Sequence record: KT184313.1
Source: Enterobacteria phage KhF1
Direction: 5' to 3' (one strand)
DNA length: 64,000 bases
Notes under the pieces: generated by a model
Told to the model about the DNA's origin: nothing
Database searches by the model: none
Seen by the model: the letters and a program-made list of their open reading frames with translations, nothing else
Translations under genes and position numbers: made by a program
In this document: positions 54,520-63,805 of the stretch, in pieces
Position numbering within the stretch: the stretch's first letter is position 1
Layout of the letters: every line of letters begins with the position of its first letter

Positions 54520-55068
54520 ATGGAAAAAGATAACTTAAAAGAAGTTGAAGGTAACTACTTAGTACTTGACTGGAAGGATGTTCGGGAAGCACTCTCCGAA
54601 GAAAATCTTGACTGGTTCGAACAAATTATCTTTGCAGTACGGCATAACAGAGAAGTTGAAAATGGTAAAGAGCCACTTGAAGGAATCTTTGTAGAAAGGT
54701 CTTATCCGTTCTATGAAGACACTTTGCAGAAAGTTAAGATGTACTTTAAACAGAAGAACCGTAAAGTGGTCACTATGGTATCTCTTGGTGGACAGAGTAT
54801 GTCTGTGATGGAAGATATCAACCCTAAGAGACCGAGTAAAGGTGTTTGTATAAAAATCACAGGTCATGAAGAGTACATCTCAGTGGATGATTTTAGTATG
54901 TTCTGTAATGGTTCTGCTGTCTTTAATGGGTTTCACTATGATATCCGAGTGTATCCAATCAAGGGAGATGCTGTTATGATGCAGATGTTCGATAACAATA
55001 ATGGATTTACTCATTTTTATCAGACAACCAAGTCATCATTAAAAACAGTTCTGGAAACACTGATTTAA
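54520..55068 (+). CDS. hypothetical protein
   Basis: ORF track; start moved to ATG at 54520 after upstream stop. Confidence 0.45.
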   Translation: MEKDNLKEVEGNYLVLDWKDVREALSEENLDWFEQIIFAVRHNREVENGKEPLEGIFVERSYPFYEDTLQKVKMYFKQKNRKVVTMVSLGGQSMSVMEDINPKRPSKGVCIKITGHEEYISVDDFSMFCNGSAVFNGFHYDIRVYPIKGDAVMMQMFDNNNGFTHFYQTTKSSLKTVLETLI

Positions 55069-55087
55069 AATATCTTAAGAGCCTCCT

Positions 55088-55116
55088 TAATTGGGGGCTT
55101 TTTATTGAGTAAAATT
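55088..55116 (+). terminator. rho-independent terminator closing the plus-strand operon
   Basis: GAGCCTCC...GGGGGCT hairpin followed by TTTTTATT. Confidence 0.6.
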
Positions 55117-55119
55117 TAC

Positions 55120-56600
55120 GAAATTTATATTTTTTATAAAATTTTATCGGTTGTCCCAACCCCTGGGTCACCATTATATGTGAACAAAATATCTACCCTT
55201 CTTAACAACCTTCTTAAGCTTACTCTCTATATATAGTTATATAGTACTATATAGTATCTTAGTATCTATCTAGTGGTCTTAATAGCCCTCTGTATAACCC
55301 TTCTAACTAGCCTTCTAACAAGCCTTCTTAACAACCTATACAATCACCTTAACCATCTCTCTATACGCTCTTAGAAGCCTCTATACACCTCTTAATCTCT
55401 AGGTAAGCTATGTGACTCTCTATAGGTGTTCACTAGGTATTACTAAGCCTCTATATAGACTGTTTTAACAAACTTAACAGGAATATCTTTACAGACCTTA
55501 TCTCACAAGGTCTAACACGGTACTAACAAGGTATCTTATAAGCCTGTTATTACCTGTATTTTTAAAAGGCTGTATAGGTAATTATTCAGAATCTTAAAAT
55601 TTTTATAAAATAGGACTATCAAGTCATTTTTTAGGGTCTTTGAAGGAACTGAAAAATATCTGTAGAAGATGTATATCTGCTTGGTAGCCCTTAACAACTC
55701 CCTTACAAGTACTTTGCAAAATTTTAAAATATCATTAACAATTCCTTAACAACTCTCTCAAGTTCTTAACATCTCTTCAGAGGTCTTAACAGATTCTTAA
55801 CAGAACTAACAAGGTTGTAACAAGTTCTTAACAGTTGATACATAGGCTTTACAGAATCTTAACAGATGACTAACAAGAGCTAACAAGTTAATTTTTAAGA
55901 GTTATTTTGTTAAGATAATTAACAAGTCTCTAATAAGTGTTTAATCTTTTTAACAAGCTATTAACATGGTCACTACTCTTTTCTTATCGTTCCCTTTCCT
56001 TTCTTAGTGATTCTTTAAACATACCTCTTAAAAGCTCTCTATAGCCCCTTGTAAGCTCTTTTAAGCCTCTTCCTAGTAATTACACCCCAACTGTACAGAT
56101 ACCTCTTTATAAGGCTTTACAGGGGCTTTAAAGGCTATGTCAAAGACTCTTACAAGGTTTTTACGTGGTCTTAACAGAGATTTAACAAGGGGCTAACAAG
56201 TTGCTAACAAGTGCCTTAAAAGCATAACTATGTAGGGATTGTTAAGAAATTGTTAAGAGAATGTTAAGGGGGCTAGCATTTACGTAACTTTTAAGCAACT
56301 TCAAAGTAACTTTATAGCCCCTATAACATACTTTTAAGACACTAACAAGCCCTTTTTAGATATTCACAAGAATACTAATGAGATGATAAAGCTTACACCC
56401 TTATAAGATTCTTTTAAGTCTCTGGGAAGCTTTATAAAGGGCTTTTAAGGGTGAGGTAATGCAATCCCTTAAGTTAGGTTGATAAGGCTGTTATAGAGCT
56501 TTATAGAGCGTTTAAATGGGCCATCCCCTTTCTGGGGTTATTGGCTTTTATTTAAGTTGATTTGATAAGAGGTTATAGAGTAGACTATAGAGTTATTGTT
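55120..56600. repeat. 1.5 kb non-coding tract dense in degenerate short repeats (CTTAACAA, CTAACAAG, TATAGAG and relatives)
   Basis: No ORF over 60 aa; dozens of TTAACA-containing 8-10-mers seen directly. Confidence 0.7.
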
Positions 56601-56727
56601 TTTAAGGTCTGATAAGATTCTGGAAAGGAAAGGAAAAGGATTGTATAGAGGCTATTACATAGACGTAAAAAGCCCCATTTTAAGGGGCTGTTCAGGTATC
56701 TGGGGCTATTTAGCCCCGTTGCGTCGA

Positions 56728-56976
56728 TTAGTTATAATCTTGTTTGTTGTAGTACAGGGAGACGATTTTTTCTCCCCAATAGTGATAAGTATAACCATCC
56801 TTGAGAACTTCTTGTTTTGTTTCCTCCCAGAACTCATCCGAAGGATTATAATCTTTGATGGTCTGACTGATAAGACATTTCACCATTTCAAAGGCGTTAT
56901 CAGTGCCTGCAATGTCAAATTTAACATCCAGAGAGGAAAAACCGAACTCGTTAACAGTAGCGCGGATAGTTGCCAT
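56728..56976 (-). CDS. small early-type hypothetical protein
   Basis: Preceded by conserved type A leader (hairpin + GGAG SD). Confidence 0.55.
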   Translation of the reverse strand: MATIRATVNEFGFSSLDVKFDIAGTDNAFEMVKCLISQTIKDYNPSDEFWEETKQEVLKDGYTYHYWGEKIVSLYYNKQDYN

Positions 56977-57042
56977 TTTTGAATCTCCTAGTTTAAGGGT
57001 TTTATTTAGTGGGGAGGTTATCGCCTCCCGTTGATTAGTAAT
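56977..57042 (-). promoter_or_regulatory. conserved intergenic leader, type A (GGGGAGG hairpin + SD)
   Basis: catttttgaatctcctagtttaagg...tttagtggggaggttatcgcctcccgttgat; contains stop of upstream gene. Confidence 0.6.
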
Positions 57043-57306
57043 TTACTGCATATTGGCGTATGTTGCAAGCCTTTTTTCGTTGTATTTTGTAAGAATCTCA
57101 CAAGATACAACATCATACTTTGTAACAGCGTTGCCTTTATCGAGGTCAAAAAAGCCAAACGCTTTACCATCTTTGAATCCGACAACTTCGTAAGATTCTT
57201 TGATGATTTCACCATTGAACAAATCACTTTCGATACGGTGAAATAATGCTACATCTTCTTTGTCGGTTGCAATTTGTAAAAGTGTGGTTAATTCTACGTT
57301 TTCCAT
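57043..57306 (-). CDS. small early-type hypothetical protein
   Basis: Preceded by type A leader. Confidence 0.55.
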   Translation of the reverse strand: MENVELTTLLQIATDKEDVALFHRIESDLFNGEIIKESYEVVGFKDGKAFGFFDLDKGNAVTKYDVVSCEILTKYNEKRLATYANMQ

Positions 57307-57372
57307 CTTGATAACTCCAGTTTAGGATTTTATTTAGTGGGAAAGGTCATTCCCTCCCCGTTGATTGACAAT
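57307..57372 (-). promoter_or_regulatory. conserved intergenic leader, type A
   Basis: ccagtttaggattttatttagtgggaaaggtcattccctccccgttgattgacaatttacag. Confidence 0.6.
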
Positions 57373-57903
57373 TTACAGACTTTTGATTGTCTCGTCAATA
57401 TCTTTTTCAATATCTTTTAAAGTTTTTTCTAAGTTCTTGATATTGAACGTTAAACCTTCACCAAGAGTCTTAGAGTAACCACTAGGACGTAAATTATACA
57501 GTTTAATTTCTTCCACTTTAAAGAGGCTAGCTAACTCACCGTTTACATCATAAGCCATTGAAACAGTATTTGCAGGTGCATTGTAAAACTTGTTTAGTGA
57601 CTTGATAGAACGTTCATAAGCCATTTTATAACCGTTTAAAAGGCTTTTAACGTGGTTGTGAACGTTTTTACACTCATCTAGATAAATCTCTAAGAATAAC
57701 GGTAATAATTCCGCTACAGCTTGCATAAAGTGAGAGACTACAACGGTTGAGACATTACGACGATGAACGTAATAAGCCCCGTTTTCTGATTTGGTGATTG
57801 TTGCGAAATGTACCCCATTACAACGAAATTCGTATGTATCTTTTACAGGCTTAGACATTACAGCATTTGAACGAATGAAGTTGATAGCTTGAAATTTGTT
57901 CAT
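57373..57903 (-). CDS. small early-type hypothetical protein
   Basis: Preceded by type A leader. Confidence 0.55.
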   Translation of the reverse strand: MNKFQAINFIRSNAVMSKPVKDTYEFRCNGVHFATITKSENGAYYVHRRNVSTVVVSHFMQAVAELLPLFLEIYLDECKNVHNHVKSLLNGYKMAYERSIKSLNKFYNAPANTVSMAYDVNGELASLFKVEEIKLYNLRPSGYSKTLGEGLTFNIKNLEKTLKDIEKDIDETIKSL

Positions 57904-57975
57904 TTTAGAATCTCCAGTTTAGGACTTTATTTAGTGGGGAGGTCATCCCTCCCGTTGATTAGTAATTTACTTGTT
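57904..57975 (-). promoter_or_regulatory. conserved intergenic leader, type A
   Basis: ccagtttaggactttatttagtggggaggtcatccctcccgttgattagtaatttac; tandem TTGACA -35-like boxes further upstream at about 58060-58095. Confidence 0.55.
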
Positions 57976-58121
57976 TTGATAGCTGATTGCAAGCAATTTT
58001 TTAAGCTTATCTATAAAGAATCTTTTAAGTTAATCCCTTTTAGATAAACCCCCTCGAACAAAGTTACCAATGTCAAGGGGTATTGTCAACACTTTTTTAA
58101 AAGTTTTTTGTAAGTCATTGA

Positions 58122-58463
58122 TTAACTGATGAATATTTTTTCAGGTTTTACATAGCTGATACGCTGACTTTTTAGCAGGTCATCCCAGATTAACGCGGCG
58201 ATATGGGCATAACCGGATTCACGTAAAAGCTTCATTGTTTTACTTCTCGTTTCAAAACGGCTTGCGTAGTACTCACTATTTAAAACCGTTTTATTCCCTT
58301 CGTTATCTGTATGGATGATTTGCATCACTTGAAAGGGGCTGACATCCTCGCCTTTGTTCCACTGCTCAAAGTATTTTAGGCACTGCATAGGTGACATCTT
58401 ATCACTTACTTGAGTTGACCAAGATGAATCTTCTTTATCGGTAATTACAGTTACATAAGCCAT
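58122..58463 (-). CDS. small early-type hypothetical protein
   Basis: Preceded by type A leader. Confidence 0.55.
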   Translation of the reverse strand: MAYVTVITDKEDSSWSTQVSDKMSPMQCLKYFEQWNKGEDVSPFQVMQIIHTDNEGNKTVLNSEYYASRFETRSKTMKLLRESGYAHIAALIWDDLLKSQRISYVKPEKIFIS

Positions 58464-58554
58464 TTTAGAATCTCCTAGTTTAAGGACTTTATTTAGTGGG
58501 GAAGGTCATTCCCTCCCCGTTGATTGACAATTTACAGACTTTTATCAGGCTTGT
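58464..58554 (-). promoter_or_regulatory. conserved intergenic leader, type A
   Basis: cctagtttaaggactttatttagtggggaaggtcattccctccccgttgattgacaatttacagac. Confidence 0.6.
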
Positions 58555-58788
58555 CTAGTCTTTTTCAATGATAATTTCATATTGACCATCGACACTGTCA
58601 AAATAGACGCCGTCTTCATCTTCTGTCTTAAAGTAGCATTGAATATCATCACTGGCGGGATAGTCTTGTCTTGCTATCTGGCAAACTTGAATAGCATTTT
58701 CTTTACTCCCTGTAAACTCCTCAAGCCCTTTAAAATCACATGAATGACCATTACAAATAGAAAGGATAAGATAAACGGTTGTAAGCAT
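58555..58788 (-). CDS. small protein with N-terminal signal-peptide-like segment
   Basis: MLTTVYLILSICNG hydrophobic N-terminus; preceded by variant hairpin AGCCCCT-gtga-GGGGCT. Confidence 0.5.
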   Translation of the reverse strand: MLTTVYLILSICNGHSCDFKGLEEFTGSKENAIQVCQIARQDYPASDDIQCYFKTEDEDGVYFDSVDGQYEIIIEKD

Positions 58789-58854
58789 GATTTAAGCCTC
58801 CTAAAAGCCCCTGTGAGGGGCTAATCAGTGTTTATAAGGTGATTGCATAGGTTT

Positions 58855-59397
58855 TTAGAAAAAACCCTTTAAATCCTCTTCTGCGATGTTTTCTGTCAGT
58901 GTATCCATGATGTCACAAAAAACCTGAATACTGTCCGATTGTTGAACACTTTTAGCAAGTAGTTCTAATGTCTCATCAAGATAGTTCATATTTGGGTTAT
59001 CCAGTGAAGGAAGACAAAAAGGCGAATACATAGCGTTAAACTCTGTTGTATAGACCTTTTTAATCCAATTTATATCAAAATACTCTGTAAAACTTGCTAC
59101 ACTCGACATATTATCACAAGAATAATCGTCGTTTAGTTCAGCCTCTGGAATATCAAGTTCTAGGATAACAATATTTTGTGTCTTCATCTGGAAAGCTGCG
59201 GTGATAGTGGCATTGCCTAAAGCTTGCTGGATACCTTCAGAGATTATTTCTTCCTCATCGTCGCCATAGATTTTATTTTCTGGATACACGTAAAAATTGC
59301 CGTCCATATCCGAACAATTCCATGCGCCTGATGGTTTATCACCGTTATTAATCAGGTTGAGGAAATTTTCTTGAGTAGTTCCGTGATAGCATTTCAT
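58855..59397 (-). CDS. early-type hypothetical acidic protein
   Basis: Preceded by type B leader. Confidence 0.55.
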   Translation of the reverse strand: MKCYHGTTQENFLNLINNGDKPSGAWNCSDMDGNFYVYPENKIYGDDEEEIISEGIQQALGNATITAAFQMKTQNIVILELDIPEAELNDDYSCDNMSSVASFTEYFDINWIKKVYTTEFNAMYSPFCLPSLDNPNMNYLDETLELLAKSVQQSDSIQVFCDIMDTLTENIAEEDLKGFF

Positions 59398-59484
59398 TTT
59401 TGAATCTCCTAGTTTAAGGATTTAGTGGTAAAGCTCTTTATCTGGGGCTTACTTTATCGAACTATAAGCCCCTTGTAAAGTACT
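59398..59484 (-). promoter_or_regulatory. conserved intergenic leader, type B (GGGGCTTA...TAAGCCCC hairpin, TAAAGTACTTTA palindrome, SD)
   Basis: tttagtggtaaagctctttatctggggcttactttatcgaactataagccccttgtaaagtactttattt. Confidence 0.6.
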
Positions 59485-59733
59485 TTATTTAACTTTCTTT
59501 GAGAAAATTAGTTTAACTGCAACCGTAGGAACCTCGTCAGCGATTGTAACCAGCATCACTTTTTGAGTGACCAACTTATAACCGTTCTTTGCAGCGTATG
59601 CGGTAAAACGGTTGACATTGTAACTATAAGTTTTTGGTGTGTTATCTGGCATGTGGTAAATGAAAGGTTTACCCAAATTTTCTTCTTGTGTCAATAATCT
59701 ACAGGTATCGGGAATGTTAAAGTAGTTCATCAT
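59485..59733 (-). CDS. small early-type hypothetical protein
   Basis: Preceded by type B leader. Confidence 0.55.
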   Translation of the reverse strand: MMNYFNIPDTCRLLTQEENLGKPFIYHMPDNTPKTYSYNVNRFTAYAAKNGYKLVTQKVMLVTIADEVPTVAVKLIFSKKVK

Positions 59734-59819
59734 TTTTAGAATCTCCAGTTTAGGATTTAGTGGTAAAGCTCTTTATCTGAGGCTTAAGTTATCAACTTTT
59801 AAGCCCCTTGTAAAGTACT
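59734..59819 (-). promoter_or_regulatory. conserved intergenic leader, type B
   Basis: tttaggatttagtggtaaagctctttatctgaggcttaagttatcaacttttaagccccttgtaaagtactttatttg. Confidence 0.6.
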
Positions 59820-60023
59820 TTATTTGTTATTTTTGACAACTTTTAAAACTGCAAGATAGCCTAAGCAATAAGAATCACCGAAGAGAGTCCTACCCATGAA
59901 AGAATCCTCTTTGATATCCTTTGCAGTGACAGTTTTTTCTACGCCGTGGGAAAGGACTATATCACCAACTTTGATATCTTTGATGTGTGTAGTTTCAATG
60001 GTTAAACCATTAATAATAGCCAT
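59820..60023 (-). CDS. small early-type hypothetical protein
   Basis: Preceded by type A leader. Confidence 0.5.
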   Translation of the reverse strand: MAIINGLTIETTHIKDIKVGDIVLSHGVEKTVTAKDIKEDSFMGRTLFGDSYCLGYLAVLKVVKNNK

Positions 60024-60124
60024 TTTGGAATCTCCAGTTTAGGACTTTATTTAGTGGGGAAGGTCATTCCCTCCCCGTTGATGTGTAATTTAATCTATCT
60101 AAAAACCAGTGTCAACAAAATTTT
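60024..60124 (-). promoter_or_regulatory. conserved intergenic leader, type A, with full promoter (TTGACA, 17 nt, TAAATT)
   Basis: Reverse complement reads TGTTGACA-ctggtttttagatagat-TAAATT-acacatcaacGGGGAGGGAATGACCTTCCCC...GGAGATTCCAAAATG. Confidence 0.65.
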
Positions 60125-60529
60125 TTAGAGTTCTGCATAAATTGCATCACAGATATCGCGGAAGTCATGATTAGTCAAATTACGCTGCAACCAAGTGGCG
60201 AAAAAGTCAGCGATTGCAAAGTTAGCATCATACTCGACAGATAGCCACACTTTAACAGCAAATCGGAACATTTTCAAATCTAACTCTTTATTCATTACCT
60301 TAGATTTGCCTAACATGTCGGACATTTCATATTGCGCACCGTCTAGTGTGATACCTGCTGCAACGTCAGCCAATGAATTTTTTACGTTTCCAACGTCTAA
60401 AATAACGCTTTGAATCTTTCCGATAATGTTGTGCAATGTCTCATCAGGCGCTGATGATGTCATAATGTTGATTCGATTAACGGTCAAACGTGCTTTTAAG
60501 GTTGATAATTCACGGTTATTAATAGCCAT
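60125..60529 (-). CDS. early-type hypothetical protein
   Basis: Start set to ATG at 60529 (MAINNRE...); track start is a non-ATG codon inside the leader. Confidence 0.5.
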   Translation of the reverse strand: MAINNRELSTLKARLTVNRINIMTSSAPDETLHNIIGKIQSVILDVGNVKNSLADVAAGITLDGAQYEMSDMLGKSKVMNKELDLKMFRFAVKVWLSVEYDANFAIADFFATWLQRNLTNHDFRDICDAIYAEL

Positions 60530-60615
60530 TTTTAAGTTCTCCAATTTAGGATTGAGTGGTAAAGCTCTTTATCTGGGGCTTAAGATATCAACTCCCAAGC
60601 CCCATGTAAAGTACT
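60530..60615 (-). promoter_or_regulatory. conserved intergenic leader, type B
   Basis: ttaggattgagtggtaaagctctttatctggggcttaagatatcaactcccaagccccatgtaaagtactttaca. Confidence 0.6.
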
Positions 60616-60888
60616 TTACATTAAATGCAGTTTTTTGCCTTTTACTATAATGTAACTCGATGCGCTATTGCTTTGCACATCCTGATAAATTCTGCGCAAA
60701 CGTCCTTCGTAGTGTACTTTCCAACTGGTTGGAATCTTTTTACCGTATCCCGTAGCAGTTTTTTGGAGTCCTGCTACTTGCCAATCTAAGATATGAGTTT
60801 CAGCCTGTAAATCCTCAAAGTGCATGACACCATCTACATAGTGACGTAGTGTGACATTTAAAGTACGACCGTTGTTAGTAGTATACAT
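60616..60888 (-). CDS. small early-type hypothetical protein
   Basis: Preceded by type A leader. Confidence 0.55.
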   Translation of the reverse strand: MYTTNNGRTLNVTLRHYVDGVMHFEDLQAETHILDWQVAGLQKTATGYGKKIPTSWKVHYEGRLRRIYQDVQSNSASSYIIVKGKKLHLM

Positions 60889-60977
60889 TTTGGAATCTCC
60901 AGTTTAGGACTTTATTTAGTGGGGAAGGTCATTCCCCCCCCCGTTGATGTGTAATTTAATCTATCTAAAAACCAGTG
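60889..60977 (-). promoter_or_regulatory. conserved intergenic leader, type A, with TTGACA/TAAATT promoter
   Basis: Near-identical to element at 60024..60124 (hairpin arm has an extra C run). Confidence 0.65.
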
Positions 60978-61310
60978 TCAACAGTTTTGTTTTCGTTTGC
61001 TCAATTCTTGAACAATTACAGCGTAGTAGTCTTTTAAGTCACTGACATTTAAAGCATTTATCAGAGAATTATAATCATCAACTAACTGAAAATCATCTTT
61101 GAAGATGTCACTTATCTGATAGGTTTTCGCTTTGTATCTGAAGCTCATCTCTAGCCGCTTTATTTGCTCATCACTGAGACGCCCTAGAAAGCTCTCTACA
61201 AGGTTATTGCTGACCTGCTGTGTGATTGCCTTATTTGCTAGATTATAGGCTTTATATGCCTTATATAGCGCGAAAATGGCAATGATTGCAGTGATACCAG
61301 TCATTAACAT
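60978..61310 (-). CDS. small membrane protein
   Basis: N-terminal TM helix MLMTGITAIIAIFALY. Confidence 0.5.
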   Translation of the reverse strand: MLMTGITAIIAIFALYKAYKAYNLANKAITQQVSNNLVESFLGRLSDEQIKRLEMSFRYKAKTYQISDIFKDDFQLVDDYNSLINALNVSDLKDYYAVIVQELSKRKQNC

Positions 61311-61600
61311 GGTGTTTCCTCTTTACGTGATACTTTGCCATTTACAGTTATCTCATAGGATTCTAATAAATCGCTTTTAGACTTTACAGGACTTTTAAAA
61401 GTATCATCATAAATATTAACTTGCAATACAGGTTTTTTATATTCCCTGCAACTATTCCATAAGCAAATCACTACACGACGGCCTTTTATTTTGCCGTGTA
61501 ACCATTCCATAACATCATGACTATTTCTTGATGTCTCGATAAAATCAATTTTGTTGAGTAACTTGCTTAGATTTTCACGAACTTTATTCGATAATTTCAT
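61304..61600 (-). CDS. small early-type hypothetical protein
   Basis: Preceded by type B leader; overlaps downstream gene start. Confidence 0.5.
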   Translation of the reverse strand: MKLSNKVRENLSKLLNKIDFIETSRNSHDVMEWLHGKIKGRRVVICLWNSCREYKKPVLQVNIYDDTFKSPVKSKSDLLESYEITVNGKVSRKEETPC

Positions 61601-61690
61601 TTTAGAATCTCCAGTTTAGGGGTTAATTTGATAAAGCTCTTTATCTGGGGCTATCATATCAGCTTGTTAGCCCCGTGTAAAGAGGTCTAT
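61601..61690 (-). promoter_or_regulatory. conserved intergenic leader, type B variant
   Basis: tttaggggttaatttgataaagctctttatctggggctatcatatcagcttgttagccccgtgtaaag. Confidence 0.55.
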
Positions 61691-62203
61691 TTAGTTCTTA
61701 AAGATATTCATCACTGAGTCTTTTAATGATTCCAAACGTTCTAATACTTCAGATTCTGCGTCTGAGTTGTTCACTTCTTCTTTCAGTCTGTCATCTAAAT
61801 CATCGCCGTCACTATAGCACCAATCGAAAGCGTAACCAATATAAAAACTGTCTAAAATTGTTTGACCATTTGCATCGACAACTTTCGCGGCAAGGTTGTA
61901 TTCTGAAGCCTCTAAATCTCTTTCTAATTCTTTCTGTAAGCTTGTGTAAGCCTCTTTTGATGGATTTTCCCGGCCTTGTTTTGCATAGTCACTTGAAAGC
62001 TGTTTAAGGCTGTAATGTAAAGGGATTGCATATTTAAATTCATTACGCTGACAGTTAGGATTTTTAACAGTCACGCCGCCTTGATGGTCATCTGTAAACT
62101 TCCAATTATCAAGATTATGGCTTGCTTCGTAGCAATTAACAGCTTCGTAAATGATGGAAAATTTTTCTTTTACAACTTCAAAGGTAGCGTCTACAGTTTT
62201 CAT
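61691..62203 (-). CDS. early-type hypothetical acidic protein
   Basis: Preceded by type B leader. Confidence 0.55.
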   Translation of the reverse strand: MKTVDATFEVVKEKFSIIYEAVNCYEASHNLDNWKFTDDHQGGVTVKNPNCQRNEFKYAIPLHYSLKQLSSDYAKQGRENPSKEAYTSLQKELERDLEASEYNLAAKVVDANGQTILDSFYIGYAFDWCYSDGDDLDDRLKEEVNNSDAESEVLERLESLKDSVMNIFKN

Positions 62204-62290
62204 TTTTGAATCTCCTAGTTTAAGGATTTAGTGGTAAAGCTCTTTATCTGGGGCTTACTTTATCGAACTATAAGCCCCTTGTAAAGTACT
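62204..62290 (-). promoter_or_regulatory. conserved intergenic leader, type B
   Basis: Same sequence family as 59398..59484. Confidence 0.6.
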
Positions 62291-62584
62291 TTATTTGTTA
62301 ATTTTCAGCTTTGCATAACTTCTCATTGTACGAATGGGGGATGTTAATGCTACGCGTCTAATGTATGCCTTTTTCGTGTATACAGTTGTCTTCCCGATAG
62401 TGTTTACACATGTAAAAAGGTTTATCGGTGAATTTTTTAACTTCAACTGTTTATCAACCTTCACGCCCCACCTTACAGCAGATTGTTTTCCGTTGTCAAC
62501 CACTTTCCCGCATAACTTTTTAGCCATGATACGAGCGTCATCACGAGTCTTTGCGGTAATTACAACGTTTTTGATAATAGCCAT
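62291..62584 (-). CDS. small early-type hypothetical basic protein
   Basis: Start set to ATG at 62584 (MAIIKNV...). Confidence 0.5.
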   Translation of the reverse strand: MAIIKNVVITAKTRDDARIMAKKLCGKVVDNGKQSAVRWGVKVDKQLKLKNSPINLFTCVNTIGKTTVYTKKAYIRRVALTSPIRTMRSYAKLKINK

Positions 62585-62670
62585 TTTTAAGTTCTCCAAT
62601 TTAGGATTTAGTGGTAAAGCTCTTTATCTGGGGCTTACTTTATCGAACTATAAGCCCCTTGTAAAGTACT
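62585..62670 (-). promoter_or_regulatory. conserved intergenic leader, type B
   Basis: Near-identical to 62204..62290. Confidence 0.6.
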
Positions 62671-63054
62671 TTATTTGTTAATTTTGAAGATAGTTACATA
62701 ACCATCGCTGCCGATTATTTGAGATACTCCAGCTTTTTCCACTGAATAGCCCATATTTTCAAGATGATAAACAGCATCATCATAACCATATGCGCCACCC
62801 TGATAACGTCTCTTATCGCATCTTATCAGGTTTTTACCACGTCCTGCAAGTGCATTCAGTACAGCTTTTTCACTTGATAGTGTACCATCTAACATGGTTG
62901 CCGTGTAATGGTTGATTTTATTCCCGTTAATATCATACTTAAAATTGAATGCGTGAACAACAATCAATTTGCCGTTAAATTTTTCATCAAGTGACTTCTC
63001 CAGTGCGTTGCGGAAGTTGTCTTTGTTGATGAATTTCGGTGCACGATAAGCCAT
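62671..63054 (-). CDS. early-type hypothetical protein
   Basis: Preceded by type B leader. Confidence 0.55.
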   Translation of the reverse strand: MAYRAPKFINKDNFRNALEKSLDEKFNGKLIVVHAFNFKYDINGNKINHYTATMLDGTLSSEKAVLNALAGRGKNLIRCDKRRYQGGAYGYDDAVYHLENMGYSVEKAGVSQIIGSDGYVTIFKINK

Positions 63055-63142
63055 TTTTAAATCTCCTAGTTTAAGGGTTAATTTAGTAAAGCTCTTTATC
63101 TGGGGCTTAAGATATCAGCTTTTAAGCCCCCTGTAAAGTACT
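63055..63142 (-). promoter_or_regulatory. conserved intergenic leader, type B
   Basis: tttaagggttaatttagtaaagctctttatctggggcttaagatatcagcttttaagccccctgtaaagtactttatttg. Confidence 0.6.
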
Positions 63143-63364
63143 TTATTTGTCGTAGTAGTAAATCGCTGTCTGCCTTGTAAATTTCTTAGTGTTTCTTGTA
63201 AGGTAGCAATTAGAATTAATAGCCGTTTCTACATAGTTGCAATAGTCGGCTTCTGATATTCTGGACCATACGCCACAAATTTGCATGTAAAAACGTTTTA
63301 CCTTTGTGTTAACGTTAGTTGTAACCATCAATTCACGACTGTAAAGCATTATTTCGCGCTCCAT
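63143..63364 (-). CDS. small early-type hypothetical protein
   Basis: ORF track; overlaps upstream gene end. Confidence 0.45.
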   Translation of the reverse strand: MEREIMLYSRELMVTTNVNTKVKRFYMQICGVWSRISEADYCNYVETAINSNCYLTRNTKKFTRQTAIYYYDK

Positions 63365-63537
63365 TTCTCAAAGAGTTCAGCAGGGAAACGTTCGCTATAC
63401 CCTTTTAAGGAAAAAGTATTATCTTTGTGGATAGCTTCCACCTGATAAACCTTATAAGAGCGTATAGTTAGCATTTTGTAAGAGTATTCGTGCTTAATGT
63501 TAACCTCATCGCCAACTTTAATTTTTCTTGATGCCAT
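63349..63537 (-). CDS. small early-type hypothetical protein
   Basis: Preceded by type A leader. Confidence 0.5.
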   Translation of the reverse strand: MASRKIKVGDEVNIKHEYSYKMLTIRSYKVYQVEAIHKDNTFSLKGYSERFPAELFEKWSAK

Positions 63538-63605
63538 TTTTGAATCTCCAGTTTAGGATTTTATTTAGTGGGGAAGGTCATTCCCTCCCCGTTGATGTAA
63601 ATATT
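63538..63605 (-). promoter_or_regulatory. conserved intergenic leader, type A (first of the array)
   Basis: ccagtttaggattttatttagtggggaaggtcattccctccccgttgatgtaaatattag. Confidence 0.6.
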
Positions 63606-63750
63606 AGATAACCACGTTCAAAGAGTCAATAAAAATTTTAAAAATATTTTTGGCAAAACTGTAATGAAACGGATGCGCACGACTACCACAAAACAGAACG
63701 CAAATCAAGAATTATTTTTCAATCCGCTACAAATTTTTCTATTGACTTTT

Positions 63751-63786
63751 GGGGAGAGGGGGAGTAAGAGGGGGAGAGGGGTTGGG
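63751..63786. repeat. G-rich tract GGGGAGAGGGGGAGTAAGAGGGGGAGAGGGGTTGGG
   Basis: Four G-runs of at least 4 within 36 nt on plus strand. Confidence 0.6.
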
Positions 63787-63805
63787 CTGGCTGTCTATAA
63801 AAACC

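Noticed and set aside
57018-57246. ORFs 57018..57227 (-) and 57031..57246 (+)
   Set aside because: Overlap the better-supported 57043..57306 gene and its conserved leader; no independent start signals.
56600-63605. Regularly spaced conserved repeats that could suggest a CRISPR array
   Set aside because: Repeat units are about 70 nt, fall into two families, and are separated by protein-coding genes of 200-550 nt with SD and ATG; they are leaders, not CRISPR repeats with short spacers.
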